Shown here one piece after another: positions 43,701 through 50,357 of a stretch of 64,000 bases of DNA (its first letter is position 1; the number at the start of each line of letters is the position of its first letter). The position numbers and the translations under genes are program-made. The DNA is from Elusimicrobiota bacterium (GTDB lineage Bacteria > Elusimicrobiota > Elusimicrobia > UBA1565 > UBA9628), in contig DAHVNA010000004.1 of the NCBI GenBank assembly GCA_027319565.1, positions 1-64,000 on the forward strand. Direction: 5' to 3'. A model generated the notes under the pieces. That model saw nothing but the letters and a program-made list of their open reading frames with translations. It did not search any database and was not told the DNA's origin.

Positions 43701-45680
43701 AACGCGGCAAAAAGAGCGTTCTCTGATTCCAATTCCGGCCTTAAAGAGGCCCAAGTTCGTCTCTCGAAAGCGCAGAAAGATCAGGCGGAAGCGGCAAAAA
43801 AAGAAAAAGAAATTTCCCGGAAAATGCTGGAAGCCGTGCGCGTTTCTAATGATATTGCGGGAAGTCTTAAAGCCCAGATCCTGAAAAAATATCCAAGAAA
43901 GCATAAGGAGTTGCCGGCGGATTATTCCAAAAGATTGGACGAAAAAATTAAAAAAGCCTTGGCCGCAAACGGAGAGTATAAAGACGCCCAAAAGCGCTCA
44001 AACGTTATTTCAAAAAAATTAAACAAGGCTCGTGATGATTTAAAACTTCAGTCCGCTGTCTTGACAACCGCTCAAAAGCAGGTTAAAAATGCGGAGCAGA
44101 TTCAGCGGCATTCTAAAACCTGGAGCCTTTACCACAGCCGTGATTTAATTTTAGGCTTGGACTCGGATGGCAATGTGATTCGCGCCCAGGCTTCTCCGGT
44201 TTACGGAAAATCTGTTCTGGATGAACAATTAGCCTCGGAAAGAATCGCCGAGTATATCAAAGGGCCGCTTTATGCGGTCACGATGGATTCCGAGGGGCGC
44301 TTTAAGAATTATTACACCAGTCCCTCTAAATTGGAAAAGGCGGCCAAGAGTTGGGTCTTAAAGTCAAAGACTATCGATGGCGAGAAAAACGTGTTTGAGT
44401 CTAAAAACCATCTCAATCCCGCCTTGCGCATCAGCCATTACGAAGAGAATATCAACGGGAAAAATTATGCCGTTCTTCTCAATCAGCGTTATCTGGAAGA
44501 AAGCGCGAAAAATGTCTCTTCCCATCTTCCCTTCAAAAAATATTGGGGCGCGATGCCTTGGCGCTGGGGGAGTTTGCTCATGGAAGTCCCGCGCGAAATT
44601 GTCGGATTTCCCATCGAATGGGGCGCCGGCCGCGACCCGAGGTTCCAGCATTATCTTGGGCGCGTGGCGATGTATAAGGCCGAAGGCGGCGAGACCGAGC
44701 ATCATGGGTTTTTCCGAAATGTGGCCGGAGCTTTGGATGTTCTCAATTTCTTGCCCGATCCGGTCACTCCTTATTATGATTTGAGCCAGTTCCCGCCGGA
44801 TTTGCGCGTCGGGCAGTCCACGATCATGCCCGGAGAAAGCGAGGCTTCTTTGAGCGGTCGCTATAAAGACAAGAATATCCATTTAGGGGCTCGCTTTTTG
44901 GCGCGACTGCTTCGCTACTATCAGGAAGACATCAATGCCGCGCGTTTAAGAACCCTGGCCCATTTCCGCGGCGGGGTTTCTGAGTTTGTGATTAGCGAGA
45001 TGCAGGGGCGGGAAAAACCATATGAAGAATCTCAAAAGAAAGGGGGCGTTGGAGAAAAAGCCCTGGTCGAGGCGTTAAGCGAGAAGGACTTGGGATTATC
45101 CCCTAAAGCCGATGGTTCCGGGGAAATCGTTTTGTCGGGAAAACCCGATGATATTTGGGTTAACCGCGCCCAAAAAACGGTTCATATCGACGCCGGCGCC
45201 CGGGAGTATCAAGCTGATTCCAAAGAAGCTCACGATTATGTCAACCCGGTAGAAAAAGAGCTTCCGTCCAACAAAAACGATTTGGCGTCTCTTAAGCTCA
45301 AGAGCGTGGAAATTGAACGGATGAGAAAGGCTAGCGAGGTTTTGGATTCCAACGCTAGAGTTGCGGCTGAGAGTCTTCACAAAGACGTTTATGGACGGGA
45401 GATTCGGATTCTTTCCCAGAGAGAAGTCGAAGATCGCCTCCGAGCGGACCGGGCTCGCGAAAAGTCGCTTCAAAAGCGAATTTCCTGGTGGCGGCGCTAT
45501 GTCCGTCGTTTGGAAAAACTAGAGCCGGCGCTTCAAGTTTCTTTTGTCCCCCATGCGATTTTATCTCTCAAGGACAAATTTTTATCCTACGCCGCCAAGA
45601 TTATGCTTTTCTTTGGAACTCTCGCGACGGTTGCGGGGGCGGTTTTTAAGAAGAAAAAGCGGAGAAAGAATGTTCTATAA
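31701..45680 (+). CDS. Giant (4,659 aa) cell-envelope protein with hydrophobic block, coiled coils, beta-barrel-like and TolC-like segments
   Basis: Uninterrupted 14-kb ORF; signal peptide; C-terminal TM followed by KKKKRRK; domain calls made by eye. Confidence 0.85.
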   Translation: MIPKKFKKFLCAFLALSLILLSPGTRFYTLLAADTPKEDSSDPLGNPLSLPNQSLDPSAAFELGSELPSPAPSAAPVLPLAPGPNLQETQTNNEIPQTRPPIPAQARLEALPQAKDQPPKQVSQPMAHLQEQNKQNEKADRESFSPESSALASAALFDGAGRMGGSGPPIEPPAGGSEAALPPQSPRGPPGVSIFYENILGYRKVVGLKHDSNLSRLPLNAKTPQIIDQISRQFHISRARVIELASHVGLKENSPNAEWDAVYLGLQKLNAQRFQHFDAQKYHLGFRQMANLSYETGWKGGLKRSLEIQKHLLGFFARFPYHLFDVFVLGYFRQNISYTFAHSTEDFLSLADAEGGLVVATENAEKFFRRVLRERAISGKGETLSSRFLATRLGRAVRMFGHVAPLPLLAFLRRRLIMAVASAVAMGILGALAPGVAILHLSLLSIPVMGPLLVAGANSLPVFIAGIPGLGGIFAPVVAAATAALMKDLVLGPLLNTFILSTIFTLPQSLDQHRRRLEAEHPLDSIGWSQALASAVFAREFWKFFILQDLKFFLGLLTVGSEIQGILSYGTQIDAGLTPAWHAATGHDFHGFHGLFSAFEAPKGQSVIPFGGAITWGNLLLYKTESALGFNLSDAVMHGLNSHTAGASAIAVTRAASAPGKPLPFDPTLYKKSPKEVEKRIAELEKSAGNFKDEMASARAQELKLRKDLALVQKDEAGLKAQNKPLTATELKAYQAQLEKLKQAQNQRYIRSKLSENRDLNHPQSEDERLHRLEEKLNALASQTREDRIGYAEDKEIHPGILKSVLSNLDQKIGIDTGKSKDSISQVNPKTQKKIEDLVKEIKTLRTNAAAQMKMRDATTKVLEVVSKARDQALKNRRNGQDMMNFIQSLSQVSAVMDFALGLREINAAQNAIGGMENLLNTNIQNINQSQALSQQNQAAAQQAESNLPAWQQEVTQQTQADQAQQNQLSSDFTEASSAVQVFTSIQSVLPSLMGTIASHEGVASGSFDAEAQALASKFQLRLSELGQVSYWRTNGNPNDPSAFSLKGFKNILSEVQSNLQLAQNGLSEIQTAPVNAWALIIKDVPGGPGISNSMSLSEVLSARKSYWEGQMQTFQQDLNSVQAMLDPNNQTMLTDEFGRSYPQSLPVWESQASQTLNQAQSSINSITSQMDQLSSQITQAGGTALPQLSGLSLAQLQTAVQSYGTALENIQIPNNGTPQAFQASLDLVKLASLLPQAAWLVIQGSEAQTTVTTIQNALQNTVPQAQSAMKQAVNMVQNIINDVDADQAFVAQFPSANANPQPSQAQEQALISRKENLLQNDIITPLTAIQGAVENTLIPYQESSIQQVSQNGDYQELFSAENSLITQTMQLNDKTIPWGLISFGGSPGNTSGSLASLQSWQTNFSNLLQTVTTDKTQVDQRQDPNFNGNETVDYLKDSNYPGGGPYSLPKKITLYTAEMNQRAQQINTQDAQVNQILTKIQALSGGKYNLSAYQLPTNVPANQAGYNQINGLVNNGNLTNLATQLQNIAKQAGSASSINVGGGGLAVKTGNQPSPTVSNAQELALLALDAAKILAPSPGSSPNSPSISFSIARFLYSYSTVQSSQQELATEIPQAEKFLTDAINALNNAQAQLKQDQAYINSGGNSPPTNTVYQNQIAMLNSLQSVLQEGMAFFNLKINTYDPESLGTVNEVATYYNALANQVYGSGSTVDQGDLTAMNSMMSALQNTMNGLNQTKSELLSWMGQLNSPYDSALRRTSDAISQIQDDTRKVLESNHKWTKLKKQLSRADQILKADMDLIQDKQGELTHLIGNLHDDGWDRLPNHIKKEVASLHLSDSGWGMGLNSSSGASALVIKKSSFPDFVHNILSSLSGGQNASSADIGSLGQSILSNPQNISQLIPGAQIMNLGDSADGFYLVYQTGFGVPYGLSSTEQVTLGNVAHVMGSNLSVMAYDTYAPPETGGASNAPWGDKGIGVQVETLRENDVNYFEAIIHHDILDVPPNMSFASQANESRLLLFDDYALLLMNGKLYVGLSGFGDAAAQNSANQPYYYGANAKTSIQLTPVMSLNADQQALFAKDPRQFFETANLDFTGLDPSLNQTFDIAAHGASANFYETKVGPKFDVASLLKQAGVVSKSDNNPFTVDLYYANYAGTYDITQQTLGTTILKGFAIYGQDDSGKRVPIVNITNTATGELGQQYNIAIDQLSVELPQNGIVFSAEGQMLGPADAYYAQIGKKLNGHSDVSIGYGSPFVGYNNRLSLMFNTSASLSQLWNDVTRSASEDLNGGKALKNYQKRMTDFLKPQKGQKELNELKSVFAKDVGRRLIEQKIGTLDHDIKDLRSAGAILDNVKVIGDAGFVSGPVSNDPAELAATGGFMTGTETMMTLSKTQKELLDSKVVSLYKNGLLLQSRLVQLTKDWEENALQIVKARLAVERATFLLENSSSVIEREKANTRLAAALEKLGEARVRYNIMAGKNPDSATPFDDLNLADVQNLVKEIHSLVAAPDRLKKILSSLDKTSLKDRIGQDRFNIMDWIPFVDQFTFGIGTQIQDLMAGQIFGVGGTLRLPFYDPSSKDKNKSYVLKSAADIKEMEDIHSQYRLLANNEREEAAIWGQTAQQMTSALPQTGSDLEFALKAYRNGLISRDELRQAINLWSLNARATVNSQSRAAAAGAWAEMDSAVGEKPPAQAPPISVSNLGDAIQTAFKNSSLESLALHQEEFQALAKADNHVTQKFWINLMIGADLTATGTGFLPSFGFTGFPILPIPGARFQPEELRELQVSSDKGKSAYYGALESKLKIETALQMYQDVVQAKTAQSVIAQVDQKVIPDLNEKLSQAATSGDRARMSQIKKEIFNAKLWRAQMVLINDEAHSALNVLMGRPADSGLSIDLSPEEAYQQLEETLKNQNLPDIQKTIFDARVQVAEAYQKMVDKNLKVQEVSADPISLTARTIGRLINALSEEDSGRADKVMAARLRLLMEERQKNSFDSSLASLRARSQARLEMIDSNIERLSEKGDPLSLAQAQELKGEKAVIKASLLSLAAKPSEKANSAILPTSFAELRRRLIDKEEAMVRPPRLDSLPSAPAPGLEKAPAEMFMRYFYAQQTLDETPINRGFLEPWIELRLKNHDTPQADLIALAKLSQDRANRLDKIARERAAALADAELADFTENVRFLNWAESHHNGKDKADWDDMIHSIRQKVLSQSEEIWALLNLPRAQGQSMEERLRLLSNLVPEFSGTKSSGELSRLLKEIDSSEGKARIARLLGLDAFGAGNSKDLFMNQIRADVLSEHMSYQGITPIAAFGIFRGTPVFGGFLEAPDPQEIERGLTNILSDSIREELKAQGQFKKLEMVLYTQMARVSGGMKEVQADSRLLAAATADLKQKEWTSDHNPDSLKDKKDFLEAKKNLVAAWGNLVKDSADLKSNFVSLVAELKALGQKGNSKSPAASLKNLSLGDERVLEDHGLPSTPSERGLLGYWTDRMEDPDFIAQQDRYLEGLGISRQMIDSVDSVARLYRTAIRDSKDVTAEDFSSQERLRLLAQNDARGKRNLLIFGLSALKTEIEKKDPQLGFLRGDLERQLSLSDQKRTEYAQAALQLRDAYWHAVSVSPRAEAAFKALEADHQKLVLAKDALIDSYFASPLKNDEFILRDGLLDDYLKAQQVFDEDIIRTLDLKEVQGNAELMRTLDALYDARKSLNRQIDFKEAGRGILALDALVMLEKSRLFDERWEGRSERSIDAVSLKIADLESKKADWLKHGSKLYPLYAQTRIDKNGHRLWTTESWLGQDELKERMNLKDTDKDKIIEIKGRYFLKSDSSVEFLGGTDALERRKLEAQNGMKSDESAIALAERLGKYDFALENGENGYSVKDLFGPTGLLSQGKVLFFEAPDPKDPGRLHYRLPALAAWARSPERYEIYVYTGKGDLSTDKFQTLESLKSSPLKGDFNRVYLSKKGAVDLADFFAQRRRAELRAGYAELKLAGYGFARNDKGEIAEVYLSRDDFNAAKRAFSDSNSGLKEAQVRLSKAQKDQAEAAKKEKEISRKMLEAVRVSNDIAGSLKAQILKKYPRKHKELPADYSKRLDEKIKKALAANGEYKDAQKRSNVISKKLNKARDDLKLQSAVLTTAQKQVKNAEQIQRHSKTWSLYHSRDLILGLDSDGNVIRAQASPVYGKSVLDEQLASERIAEYIKGPLYAVTMDSEGRFKNYYTSPSKLEKAAKSWVLKSKTIDGEKNVFESKNHLNPALRISHYEENINGKNYAVLLNQRYLEESAKNVSSHLPFKKYWGAMPWRWGSLLMEVPREIVGFPIEWGAGRDPRFQHYLGRVAMYKAEGGETEHHGFFRNVAGALDVLNFLPDPVTPYYDLSQFPPDLRVGQSTIMPGESEASLSGRYKDKNIHLGARFLARLLRYYQEDINAARLRTLAHFRGGVSEFVISEMQGREKPYEESQKKGGVGEKALVEALSEKDLGLSPKADGSGEIVLSGKPDDIWVNRAQKTVHIDAGAREYQADSKEAHDYVNPVEKELPSNKNDLASLKLKSVEIERMRKASEVLDSNARVAAESLHKDVYGREIRILSQREVEDRLRADRAREKSLQKRISWWRRYVRRLEKLEPALQVSFVPHAILSLKDKFLSYAAKIMLFFGTLATVAGAVFKKKKRRKNVL

Positions 45681-45699
45681 TGGGGACTGTCCCCATTAT
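45677..45699. repeat. Perfect palindrome ATAATGGGGAC-T-GTCCCCATTAT
   Basis: 11-bp inverted repeat with a 1-nt centre, overlapping the giant gene stop. Confidence 0.8.
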
Positions 45700-45705
45700 G
45701 TTTAA

Positions 45706-46875
45706 ATGAATATCAAAATATCGGCGCTGACGGTTTTGATGGCGTGTTTAACGCCCAGTCTCTATGCCGGAGCTTTCTCCCGGAGCGTTGTCCAAGGCAA
45801 CGGCGTCATGCCGATGAATTTTTCTGGGGTCTCAAGTTTTGAGATTTTGCCTCAGAATGCGGCGGCTTTGTCTCCGAGTCTTGGAACGTCTTTAAACGAG
45901 GCTGCGCCCGTTTTGCCAAGTCCTGTTCCCCCTGCGGTTCCATCGGAGGCTTTTTCGGCCATGCCCGTCAACCCTCGCTTTTCCGCTTCGTCTTCTCAAA
46001 TTCAGCTTGGGGGAGGGGCCGCTCAAGGCCCTTTAGCGCGGAATTATTCCTCAGTCTCAAAGAATCAGGGCTTCCCTTTTTTTAAAAATATCCGGCATCG
46101 CGCTCTTGAGATGCGAGAGCCTCTTCAGAATCTGAAGGCCTGGGAAAATGACGCCAAAAAATCGGCCGAAAATGGGCGAAAAATTAGCGATGATTTATGG
46201 CGGCTCTTATCCCAAGGAAACTCCTTGCCCCAAAGACCATTGTCTAAGAACGCCTTGCCTCAATCCAATGCCTCGCCTCTCAATTCTCTTTTGTCTGCCC
46301 AGCCCAATTCATCCAATGCGGCTTTTTCTCAAGGCTTAAAAAACGCCCCTTTCTCTGATTCCTTATCGGGGCCAAACCCGGCGCAAAGTCCTTTGCCCAC
46401 GCTTGCCTCGGGGCGGGATCCAGCGGTTTCGGCAATTGGAGAAATTCCCTCCCCGGGAGATTCCGGAAATGAAATTTTTCTCGGCTCTTTGACAAAGCCC
46501 TCAAGGTCGGTCGAGATGGGGAGCGGTTTCGGGGGAGATTTACTATCGGACATTTCGTTTGTCGGCCGATTTCCGGTTTTAATCGTCATGCGCGTAGCTC
46601 GGCGGGTTTTAGATTTTTCCCTTTTCCGCGGGATGTGGAGTATTTCTCAAGGGTCCTCTCGAAGCGCGTCTTTGGGTTCCAATCCCAAGCGGGTTCTTTT
46701 TATCGCGTTTAACTCCAAGGGAGTTTCAATGCGTTCTCCTTCCGCGTTGAGCCTGGTTTCAGCCGCCGACATGCCGCCCTTATCTGGAACCGATGACGTG
46801 GCAAAATGGTGGCTTTCCTTGAGCCTGTTGCCAATTCTAGTCGCGGCCTTTTTATTTCGCCGCTCATTTTTGTGA
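45706..46875 (+). CDS. Exported low-complexity protein with C-terminal TM and basic tail
   Basis: Signal peptide ending SLYA; Ser/Pro-rich body; WWLSLSLLPILVAAFLFRR. Confidence 0.7.
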   Translation: MNIKISALTVLMACLTPSLYAGAFSRSVVQGNGVMPMNFSGVSSFEILPQNAAALSPSLGTSLNEAAPVLPSPVPPAVPSEAFSAMPVNPRFSASSSQIQLGGGAAQGPLARNYSSVSKNQGFPFFKNIRHRALEMREPLQNLKAWENDAKKSAENGRKISDDLWRLLSQGNSLPQRPLSKNALPQSNASPLNSLLSAQPNSSNAAFSQGLKNAPFSDSLSGPNPAQSPLPTLASGRDPAVSAIGEIPSPGDSGNEIFLGSLTKPSRSVEMGSGFGGDLLSDISFVGRFPVLIVMRVARRVLDFSLFRGMWSISQGSSRSASLGSNPKRVLFIAFNSKGVSMRSPSALSLVSAADMPPLSGTDDVAKWWLSLSLLPILVAAFLFRRSFL

Positions 46876-46880
46876 AAACG

Positions 46881-47615
46881 ATGAAAAATCGCAATCGCGT
46901 CGGTCTTTTTTGCATGGGAGCTTTGCTCGTTCTCGCCGGTTGCGGCGGAGCTCCTAGAAAAATCGTGGTTTTGGATTTTGCCGAGGGCCGGGTTGTCGAT
47001 CTCTCGATTACCGAAAAATTGACCGGAGTCAACGATTATGTCTTTTTCTCTCTTCCCAAAAAAAGCGAGTTTTTAGACGGGTATATTCAGGGCGTTGTGA
47101 CCGATTATGCCGACAATCCCATTCAAGGGGTGGTGGTCCGCGCCGTGGCCTCCGCAGAAGGCCAGGAAAGTCAAGATCAATTTGATACCGGGGAAAAAGC
47201 TTTGGCGGTCAGCTCTTTTGATCCCGGGGTCAGCGATTCAAACGGCTTTTACCGAATTCGTTTTTCCTTGCCTATTGTCAACGGCATTGTCGATGTTCGA
47301 GGGAAATTGGTGTACAACCCCGGCTGGGAAGAAGAGAAAGCCAATCTTGGAAAAGCCTATGAGCCTCAGATGAAACAGAGTCCGTTTAGGCTTTATTACG
47401 AGGAAAAAACCGGGATGATTGTTTTTGCGGAAGGAATACGCAAGGTGATTGTCTCTCCAGTCCGCAGTCTTTCCGGCGGGACAGCCATGGCCCCTTTGCC
47501 GGGAACATTGCCGCCTTCGTCTCAATCCGCGGCTTCTCCACAAAAGAAAGAATCAAAGCCAGCGGCCTCTAAGTCGGAAGACGATCTCTTTAAGGGATTT
47601 GGATTTGGCCCTTAG
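46881..47615 (+). CDS. Lipoprotein with carboxypeptidase-regulatory-like (beta-sandwich) segment
   Basis: Lipobox LAGC; IQGVVTD....PIQGVVV, SDSNGFYRI. Confidence 0.7.
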   Translation: MKNRNRVGLFCMGALLVLAGCGGAPRKIVVLDFAEGRVVDLSITEKLTGVNDYVFFSLPKKSEFLDGYIQGVVTDYADNPIQGVVVRAVASAEGQESQDQFDTGEKALAVSSFDPGVSDSNGFYRIRFSLPIVNGIVDVRGKLVYNPGWEEEKANLGKAYEPQMKQSPFRLYYEEKTGMIVFAEGIRKVIVSPVRSLSGGTAMAPLPGTLPPSSQSAASPQKKESKPAASKSEDDLFKGFGFGP

Positions 47616-47635
47616 TCCGTTGCGAACCTTTCATC

Positions 47636-48796
47636 ATGATGAAATCGGCTTACCTCGATTATAACGCGACGACTCCCATTCGGCCGGAGGTCATGGAAGC
47701 GGTCCTTCCCTTTTTGAAAGACGGCTTTGCCAATCCCAATAGTCCCTATCGGATCGGACAAGAAGTTCGCCGCTCGCTTGAGCTGGCGCGCGAGCGGGTG
47801 GCGCGTCTTTTAGGCGCTAAAAATCCGAGCGAAATCATTTTTACTTCCTCCGGTTCCGAAGCCAACTCCGCCGCCCTTTACGGAGCCGCTTGGCATTCCT
47901 TGCAGCAAAGCGGGAGAAACAAAATTATCGTCAGCGCCGTCGAGCATGAAAGCGTTCGCGAGACTCTCCCGATTTTGTCGAGTCAAGGTTTTAAGATTTA
48001 TGAGACCGGGGTGGACTCAAACGGGCTCATCAATTGTGAGTCTCTGCTAGAGGCCATCGATGAGCGCACGGCCTTGGTTTCAGTGATGCACGCCAATAAC
48101 GAGACCGGAGTTGTCCAGCCCATCGAAAAAATAGCGGCTTTTTGCCAAGACAGAGGAGTCTTGTTTCACTCCGACGCGGTTCAATCCGCGGGGAAAATAG
48201 CCCTTGATGTTGAGAGTTTGGGCGTGGATTTGTTGTCGATTTCCGGCCATAAATTGGGCGCGCTTAAAGGCGCGGGGGCTTTGTATATTCGAACAGGGGT
48301 CAAACTCTTTCCGCTCATTGCCGGGCTTCAGGAAAAAAGGCGTCGGGGCGGAACCGAAAATGTGATTGGAATCGTCGCGCTTGGAGTTGCCTCCCAGTTA
48401 AGTTTATCCGAGTTGTCTTCTTTTCAGAGATATTTATCTTGGCAAAAACAAATTGAAGAGGGGTGTCTTTCTGTTTCTGGCGTGCGCTTAAATGGGGGCA
48501 AGGCGAAACGCTTGCCGAATACCTCGAATTTTTCAATTGAGGGCGTTGACGGACATTCTCTGGCAATCGCGTTTGATTTGGCGGGGGCGTGCGTTTCTAG
48601 CGGTTCTGCGTGCGCGACCGGACTCTCAAGCCCGTCTCATGTTCTCCGCGCGATGGGTCTTTCTAAAGACTTAGTCAAAGGCGCCTTGCGCGTTTCAACG
48701 GGATGGAGAACCACCCAAGAAGAGGTCGATTACTTTATTAAAGTTTTCCCAAGCGTGGTTAATAAAATGCGCTCGGTTTCTTTGGTTCCGGCATGA
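47636..48796 (+). CDS. iscS: Cysteine desulfurase (IscS/NifS family)
   Basis: YLDYNATTP, NP.S, MHANNETG, HSDAVQ, SGHK, SSGSAC; adjacent to mnmA. Confidence 0.92.
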   Translation: MMKSAYLDYNATTPIRPEVMEAVLPFLKDGFANPNSPYRIGQEVRRSLELARERVARLLGAKNPSEIIFTSSGSEANSAALYGAAWHSLQQSGRNKIIVSAVEHESVRETLPILSSQGFKIYETGVDSNGLINCESLLEAIDERTALVSVMHANNETGVVQPIEKIAAFCQDRGVLFHSDAVQSAGKIALDVESLGVDLLSISGHKLGALKGAGALYIRTGVKLFPLIAGLQEKRRRGGTENVIGIVALGVASQLSLSELSSFQRYLSWQKQIEEGCLSVSGVRLNGGKAKRLPNTSNFSIEGVDGHSLAIAFDLAGACVSSGSACATGLSSPSHVLRAMGLSKDLVKGALRVSTGWRTTQEEVDYFIKVFPSVVNKMRSVSLVPA

Positions 48797-49863
48797 ATCA
48801 GCGAGTGATCGTAGCGATGTCTGGCGGCGTCGACAGCTCGGTGGCGGCCGCGTTATTAGTCGAACAGGGTTTTGAGGTCATTGGAGTGACCCTTCAACTC
48901 TTGCCCGGGGCTTCGACCGGCTTTGGCTGTTGCGGATCTCCCGCCGATATCGCCGATGCCAAGGCGGTGGCCTCTCGCCTGGATATTTCTCATTATGTTA
49001 TCACCATGGATGAACTTTTTGAAGATAAGGTCATTCGCCCTTTTGTCGAATCCTACCTTCGGGGAGATACGCCAAACCCCTGCGCTCTTTGTAACCGCTT
49101 CGTCAAATTTGGGCATCTTTTGGGTCTTGCCCAGGCTTGGGATGCCGGTTTTCTCGCCACTGGTCATTACGCGCGCGTCAAAGAGGGAAAACTTTACCGC
49201 GCCCAAGATGAAAACAAGGACCAGACTTATTTTCTTTATAATTTGGGCCCGCGCGAATTGTCTCGCTTGGTTTTTCCAGTCGGAGATTTGTCAAAGCCCG
49301 AGGTTCGCTCTTATGCCAGACGCCTTGGTCTTGAGACCGCGGATAAACCCGAAAGTCAGGAAATTTGTTTTATTCCCAATCGCGATTACCGCGGATTTGT
49401 CAAATCCCATCCTTTGAGTGCGGGCCTTGATTCCGCTCTTAAATCCGGTCCGATTAAAGATGTTTCCGGACGAGAACTGGGTCGCCATCAGGGAACAGTC
49501 GATTATACGATCGGGCAAAGAAAAGGGCTTGTCTCCGGCTCTCCCGCGCCCAAATATGTCGTGCGCTTGGATCCTAAAAATCAAACGGTCATTGTTGGAG
49601 AAAAAGAACAGACCCTGTCTTCCGTGTGCGAAATCTCTGATATGATCTGGACTTCCGGAATTCCCGTCGCGGAGGGGCAGGCGTCGGTTCGCATTCGCCA
49701 TCGCCATCCGCCAGCGCCGTCTAATTTTTCTATGACCGAAGAGGGGCGGATTCGCGTTCGTTTCGATTTTCCCCAGCGGGCTGTTACTCCGGGGCAATCG
49801 GCGGTTTTTTATCAAGGAGAAGAAGTGCTTGGGGGTGGAATGATTAAGGAGGTTATTGAATGA
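48793..49863 (+). CDS. mnmA: tRNA 2-thiouridine(34) synthase MnmA
   Basis: AMSGGVDSS, TPNPCALCN..VKF, ATGHY, KDQTYFL, ESQEICF, TIGQRKG, TPGQSAVFY. Confidence 0.97.
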   Translation: MNQRVIVAMSGGVDSSVAAALLVEQGFEVIGVTLQLLPGASTGFGCCGSPADIADAKAVASRLDISHYVITMDELFEDKVIRPFVESYLRGDTPNPCALCNRFVKFGHLLGLAQAWDAGFLATGHYARVKEGKLYRAQDENKDQTYFLYNLGPRELSRLVFPVGDLSKPEVRSYARRLGLETADKPESQEICFIPNRDYRGFVKSHPLSAGLDSALKSGPIKDVSGRELGRHQGTVDYTIGQRKGLVSGSPAPKYVVRLDPKNQTVIVGEKEQTLSSVCEISDMIWTSGIPVAEGQASVRIRHRHPPAPSNFSMTEEGRIRVRFDFPQRAVTPGQSAVFYQGEEVLGGGMIKEVIE

Positions 49864-50357
49864 AAAAAATCTTTATTTTTTTGGCCGCTTTATCGGCGTC
49901 TTTAGCTTGCGCGCCATCGACTAAACTTTTTTCCGATTCGTCTTCCCGCGCGATGGATGAAGAAGCTTCCAAAGCGCAGGTCCAGGCGGCCGAATCTCAG
50001 ACTCTTTCTTTCTTGGGAAATATTGATTCCGCCATTGCCGCCTACTATCATGACCGCGGCTCTATTCCTCCCGATATCAAATCCTTGGTTCCCAAATATT
50101 TATTTGAAATTCCGGTCGTGGAATTGGGACTTCCTAACTATAGAAATACTCGGATGGTGACGGTTTATCCGCCCAGTATTTTAAAGAACGGCAGAGTCGA
50201 TGGCAAGAAGATTAAAAATACCGGCGGCTGGGGATATGTCGTCAATGGAAACCAGGTGATCGCTTTTGTCGATGCAACGGCGGCTCTTCGCTATCCCATA
50301 GAGCCTCACGCGCCTAAATACTGGTATCAGCAATCCGGGGCCAGGCTTACTCCTTAA
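49860..50357 (+). CDS. Lipoprotein with pilin/pseudopilin (GspG-like) head
   Basis: Lipobox SLAC; T...LG.I.SAI..YY.D.G..P.....LVPKYL.EIP, GGWGY. Confidence 0.6.
   Translation: MKKIFIFLAALSASLACAPSTKLFSDSSSRAMDEEASKAQVQAAESQTLSFLGNIDSAIAAYYHDRGSIPPDIKSLVPKYLFEIPVVELGLPNYRNTRMVTVYPPSILKNGRVDGKKIKNTGGWGYVVNGNQVIAFVDATAALRYPIEPHAPKYWYQQSGARLTP

Noticed and set aside
45560..45680. Sortase LPxTG or PEP-CTERM sorting signal on the giant protein
   Set aside because: A TM and basic tail are present, but no LPxTG or PEP motif lies directly before the TM.
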